This document shows, piece after piece, positions 59,032-64,000 of a stretch of 64,000 nucleotides of DNA. Origin of the DNA: Chrysemys picta bellii (Eukaryota). The position numbers were made by a program, and so were the translations under genes. The stretch's first letter is position 1; every line of letters begins with the position of its first letter. The stretch lies in the NCBI RefSeq assembly GCF_011386835.1, contig NC_088797.1:34224001-34288000 (forward strand). The letters run 5' to 3'. The notes below the pieces were generated by a model. The model was not told where the DNA came from. It ran no database searches and saw nothing but the letters and a program-made list of their open reading frames with translations.

Positions 59032-59344
59032 GGAATTAGCACCTTGCTGGAGTCTGGCTCGGTACTCTATCCCCCTACATCTAGGGGTGGTCACCCCCAT
59101 AGTGGGCAACTCCTCCCTTGAACAGCAGCCCCCTCCTACTGCATCAGCCAGGGGCCCCACACCCCAGCTGCAGGTGCCCAGGTATTGCTGCCTTCCCTCC
59201 ATCCCCACAGATCAGCCACCACCTGGGCTTGGAGAGTGTGGAGCTCGCAGCCCCCGGGAGCCCAGCCCCACTGGGACACTACACCTGTTCCCCGGGCCTC
59301 GCCAGCCACTTCACAGTGAGACACCACAGCTAGGACAGGAACCT

Positions 59345-59350
59345 TTTATT
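59345..59350 (-). terminator. Poly(A) signal, probable LBHD1 3' end
   Basis: Only canonical - strand AATAAA I found between CSKMT and the LBHD1 coding exons. Confidence 0.45.
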
Positions 59351-60446
59351 GCTGAGCTCAGCAGGGGAGGAGGGGGCAGCTTATACCCACCAGCACAAAC
59401 CCTGCAGGCGGTTGGCCCCCCTGAGCCTTGGGTCCCCACTGTCCATACAGAGCAGGTGCCCAGTCTGGGCCCCAGCTCCTGGAGGTGGTGGGGGCAATGC
59501 GTGCCCCATGGTGCTGCTGTCCCAGATCAAAGTCAGGTTGTCTCTTGCGCACAGATGAGGGGCACTGGATCCGGCAAGAAGGGAGCCCCAGGCAGCCAGG
59601 CTGGTCTTATTCTGCCCCCTAAGGTTCTGGTGGCAGGGGGCCCATCCCCTCCTGCTGCTGTCCAGCTCCTGGGGAGGGTGTCCTGAGCTATGTCCCTCCT
59701 CCCCAGGCTACAGCTGGGTTTCTAGTGGGGTCTGGAGCCAGGCGGGGAGTGGGGTCTGGAGCCAGGCGGGGAGTGGGGTCCTCTTTGCCCCTGGCAGCCT
59801 CACAGCAGCACTTCATCCAGGGTGCTCTCCAGAGCAGGGGGCCCTGAAACAAAGTGCAGGGAGAGGCCTGAGGTCAGAGCCTGGGGGGCAGCACAGGAGG
59901 TAATGTGGGGCCCTGTTAGGAAAATATCTATTTAAATACTAAGCCCCTCCCCCAAGCTGAACACTCCTCCAACCCTCTCCCCAGGTCCCTCTCCCCAGGT
60001 CCCTCTCCTCCCCTCACCCTCAGGAGAAGCTGCCAGCCCAAGCTCCATTAACCATCCAGCTCCATGCCAGCAGCGTTAACAGACCCCTCCCCAACGCCTC
60101 GCGGCCTGGTGGCTTTGACTAACTCAAACTATAGGTGGGGGGCAAAGTCCAAGGGGCCAGAGCCCTGTCAGAGAATGCCCTGCCAGCTGCACCCTCAGTG
60201 AGAGGGCCCCAGCTCAGACATCCCTGCTGATCACAGTCACAGCAGGATGGCCCAAGGAGAGACGCAACAGCCCCTTGGGCAGGACGGTCCCAGGACTTTA
60301 TGGGTCACAGAGACCCTCTTAAGCTCTGACCAGCTGGGCGGCCAGGCAGTAAGCGAGCTGTGGCATCCTGCGCCAGTCCTCGCAGAGGGCACCTTGCAAT
60401 AGCCTGAAGAACGTCTGAAAGGTGCCTATCCCAAGGGAAAGGTCAT

Positions 60447-60815
60447 ACGAACACAGGAGCTACCATACGGGGTCAGAGCAAAGGTCCATCTAGCCCAGTA
60501 TCCCGTCTCCACCAGTGACCAGTACCAGAGCTTCAAGGCGAGTGTACAGAACAGGGCAATGCTGGAGAGATCCACCAGTGTCTGATTCTCGAGCTTCTGG
60601 CAGTCAGAGGTTCAGGGACACCCAGAGAATGGGGTTGTGTCCCTGACCATCTTGGCTAATAGCCACTGATGGGCCTATCCTCCGTGCATTCATCTAATTA
60701 TTTTCTGAACCCAGTTATACTTTTGGCCTTCACAACATTCCCCAGGCAATGGATTCCACAGGCGTGAACACCTCCTCTTGCTTGTTTTAAACCTATTGCC
60801 TATTCATTGCATTGT
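60447..60815 (-). mobile_element. CR1 LINE 3' fragment
   Basis: CATACGAACA...GGTCAGAGCAAAGGTCCATCTAGCCCAGTATCC resembles the CR1 3' terminus in reverse. Confidence 0.7.
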
Positions 60816-60954
60816 GGGGAAAGGTAAAGGGCACTGCATCAAATCTGGCAGGGCACTGCTCTAAGAAGACTGTCAAACAGCAACTCAGTCATCCAAGTTG
60901 TGGGCCCTGGGAATAAGTGGCAGAATCATTCCCCGAGGCTGAGAATGTAAGCCC

Positions 60955-61400
60955 AGAAGGGACCTTTAGATTACGTAGTCTGCCTTCCTCTGTAGCACAG
61001 GCTGGAGAATGTCCCCCAGACACTCCTGCATTGAACCTAATCATTCGTATTTGACTGAAGAGCCTTCCAGAGAGGCAGCCAGCCTGGACTGGAGATGGAA
61101 ACTCCACCCCTGCCCTGGGGAGCTTGTTCCAATGGTCAATCGCCTGTCCCGGGACAAATTTGGGCCTTGTTTCTAACTTGAGTTACTCTGACTTCAGCTT
61201 CCAGCCACTGTTTTTGTTCTGCCTGCCTCTGTGCAGTTCGAGCCCTTCTCTATCTGCTGTTTTCTCCCCGCAAAGGCCTCAGACACCTGAGCTAAACAGG
61301 CCAAGTTATTTCAGTCTCCCACTGGCAGGTGTTTTCTCCTGCCCTCCAGATCCCCTCCAATTCTCCGATGTGGCCCTCAGAGCCCCAGGATCAGGCTCAC
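60955..61400 (-). mobile_element. Older CR1 LINE fragment
   Basis: AGAAGGGACCTTTAGAT...TTGTTCCAATGGTCAATC...CAGCTTCCAGCCACTG CR1-like motifs. Confidence 0.55.
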
Positions 61401-61646
61401 CAATACCCTGTACAGAGGAAAATCCCTCCTAGGGCTTGTCTGCTCTTGGAAATTGACCCACTAGCTATTTCGGAATAAGCCCCATGTGGACACTGGGCGT
61501 GGACTGAGCTAAGCAGGATCACGGCCCTTTCACTCCAGAATGTCCAAGGAGCTATTTTGGTACATTTCCAGGCACTGACAAGCCCCTCCCCGCCTTTTTG
61601 CCTCCTCTAGCTCCTCTGGCAGCTTCCCTCAAGGCCCCAGTGGCCC

Positions 61647-62939
61647 CTAGGCCTCAGCAGCCAGCTGGATCCCCTCCACACTCCCCTCACAATTTGACCA
61701 TGGCTGAGGCACTGAATGGAGATGGAGAGCAGGGCCAGCCCCACGCCCTGACCCCCCAATAGCCTCATAGATACACTGAATGGGGGAGGGGCTCCTGCAG
61801 CACCATCCCACCCCCCAGAGCTTTATGGGGCCACCCTCCCCTCCCAATGGGGCTCTCGCCATGGAGGCAGGGGAGCCCAGATCCTGAGGTGCCTCCAAAA
61901 CAAAGGGTTCTGGTCTGTATCCCAGGGTCCTGTTGAGGCCCCTCTCCCCCTTGCATGGCCACGCCCCCCAGACTCTCCAGGCCCCGGCCCTGGCCCCCAG
62001 ACTCTCCCAGCCCTGCCCCCAGACTCTCCAGGCCCCAGCCCTGCCCGCCAGACTCACCGGGCCCGGGCTCTGCTGCTTGCTCCTCTTCATCAGTGAAGAG
62101 CTCGTCCTCACCCTCCAGCAGCAGGAAGTCATCTGGGGGCCAGCGCAGCTCCCCGCTCTCCACCTCTCCTGCCTCTGTGGGTTCCACCACGATGGACGGC
62201 AGCCGGGCCTTCCCCTGCACTGGACTTCCAAGGGGGCCCTGGCATGGCTTCCTGGGGGAAGGATCTTTGCACATCTCCTTGCACAGCCCTTCACATGGCT
62301 CCATGGGGGGATCCCTGCACAGCTCCCAGGGAGGAATGTCCTCACACAGCTCCACGCACGCCACCTCGCAGGGCTCCCTGGGGGGATCCTCGCACATCGC
62401 CTCGCACATCTCCTCAGGGGGACCTTTGCACAACCCCTCGCATGGCCCCATAGGGGCGCCTTTGCCCATCTCACACGGCTCCAGGAAGAACTGGGCACAG
62501 AGGACAAGGGGGTTGGTTTGGGCGCTGGGGGAGCCTAGCTACCCAGAGACCTGGAATGGCGGGGAGGAAGGCAGGGCAGTGAGGCCCTGATATGAGAATT
62601 GGGGTCTGGATCTGATCTACAGGAGGTGGGGGCAGCAGCACAGGGGGCTCTGTCCTGAGGACTCACCTAGCTCTCCATGGGGGCCTCATCCCAGGGGACC
62701 CAGTGGGGGGATGTCCCAGGAAGGGGGTGTCTCACCTGGTTCTGTGCAGGAGGCTCTGTCTGGATGAGACTCCTTCCCACTTCTGATAGCCACTGCATCT
62801 CCTGGTCAGTGGCGTGGGGCTGAGCCAGGCTGTTCCGCCCTGCGGTTGCCACAGGTAGCTGGATGGGGGTGCAGGCCTCACCAGGGGTCAGCACTGCCTG
62901 GGATGGAGCACCACTACAATCCCGAGTTCCTTCAGCCAT
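61647..62939 (-). CDS. LBHD1: LBH domain-containing protein 1 ortholog (~230 aa; last coding exon uncertain)
   Basis: Exons 62736-62939 (GCCATGG start) and 62058-62490, then 61647-61711 or alternatively 59800-59843; LBH motif RLPSIVVEPTEAGEVESGELRWPPDDFLL; syntenic position after CSKMT; upstream UTR donor at 63422. Confidence 0.8.
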
Positions 62940-64000
62940 GGCGATGCTGGGGGTAGAAACTGGGAGTCAGAGCTGGGAACGGCCCCGTCTCCTTCCTCCA
63001 CCCAGCCAGGGTTAAGCCCCACGTCTATTCCCCAGGATCCAAGCCCTAAAGTTCAGACACCTCTGCACTGGGAATTCAGGCCCTTCACCAGATTTTTTTT
63101 TTTTTTGGGGGGGGGGGGGGGAAGGATTCCCCACACCACAGAATCCCATATACACACACTGGGACTCCTGGTCCTTCCCCTGTGGGGGATCCCGAGCCCA
63201 CCAGACCCCACACACTGGGGCTCCCAGCCCTTCTCCTGGGGGGAAGAGCATTTCCCTGCCCCAAAGAGCCTCACTGTGACACCCCGAACCTTGCCAGGGG
63301 TCACCTCCCCCTTTCAGCTAGACTATCACCCCCCTCCTCCCTGAGAAGCCCCATTATGGGGACAGAGGGAGTTTGTGCCTGCGGTGACACCCCCACCCTC
63401 AGCACCCCGGTCGGTCACTCACCATCAGGCGCTGCCCTGGGCCATCGCAGGATGTGCGGGGATTACAGGGCCCAGCAGTCCCCAGGGCAAGGAGCTGACA
63501 GATGCTCCAGGCGCCATAAGCGCTTTGTCCTGACACCAAGCTAATCCTCTGGGCACAACAGCCCTATGGTGCCGGGGGGAGGGGGGGAGGGGCTGGGATA
63601 GAGGGATGGGGGGCTGGATTCCTCTAGTCAGTACTCCCCACTAGGACCCCCTGCATTGTCAGTGTCCCCCAACCTGACAAGAGCATCCCTGCTGGGCCCC
63701 CCTGTACTCCCAGCCCTTGGATCCCCCCTGCATTCAATACTCCCCACCCCAGGGAGAATGCTCTCTTCTTGGATCCCCTCCTCCCTGGACTGCACTCTCA
63801 ACCCCATCCCCCACACTATGAGGGCTGCCTGCTCCAGAGAGATGTTCCCAACCCCTGCACCTACAGTCTAAGGTGGAAGCCCAGACCAGATAGGGGCGGG
63901 GGCAGGTGCTACCCTGGGCGGGAGTTGTCCCAGAACAGGGATAATAACATGAGGGGAGGATTGGAATCAGGGCTCAGTTAATCACCCAGTGACCTCATGG

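Overview
Eukaryotic (vertebrate) genomic DNA, very GC-rich and intron-dense. It is most likely from a turtle, judged from Penelope-type palindromic repeats, SCAN/Gmr1-like gypsy LTR elements, CR1 LINEs and protein divergence. No prokaryotic features or CRISPR arrays are present. The window is syntenic to human 11q12.3 and carries, in human order, B3GAT3(-), GANAB(-), INTS5(-), C11orf98(-), SNORA57/CSKMT(+) and LBHD1(-). All but the LBHD1 3' end were reconstructed exon by exon with consistent GT-AG phases. The main surprise is an intact 12-coding-exon, ~620-aa ELM2-SANT-C2H2 gene (11880-17049, +) of the TRERF1/ZNF541/MIDEAS family, directly beside B3GAT3, where no such gene is known to me in human. 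It is a candidate fourth ohnolog and HDAC1/2 (MiDAC-type) scaffold. Other observations: SNORA57 has two readable 18S guide pockets and appears to sit in its own small spliced non-coding host separate from CSKMT; several intronic tandem repeats are copies of the adjacent splice junction; GANAB has a decayed duplicated exon end; B3GAT3 introns hold a TSD-flanked non-autonomous gypsy element plus a solo LTR; LBHD1 has a Cys/Glu repeat. Gene identities come from remembered human protein sequences and synteny; no database search was run. Most long ORFs in the supplied track are artefacts of G-rich minisatellites or antisense reading.
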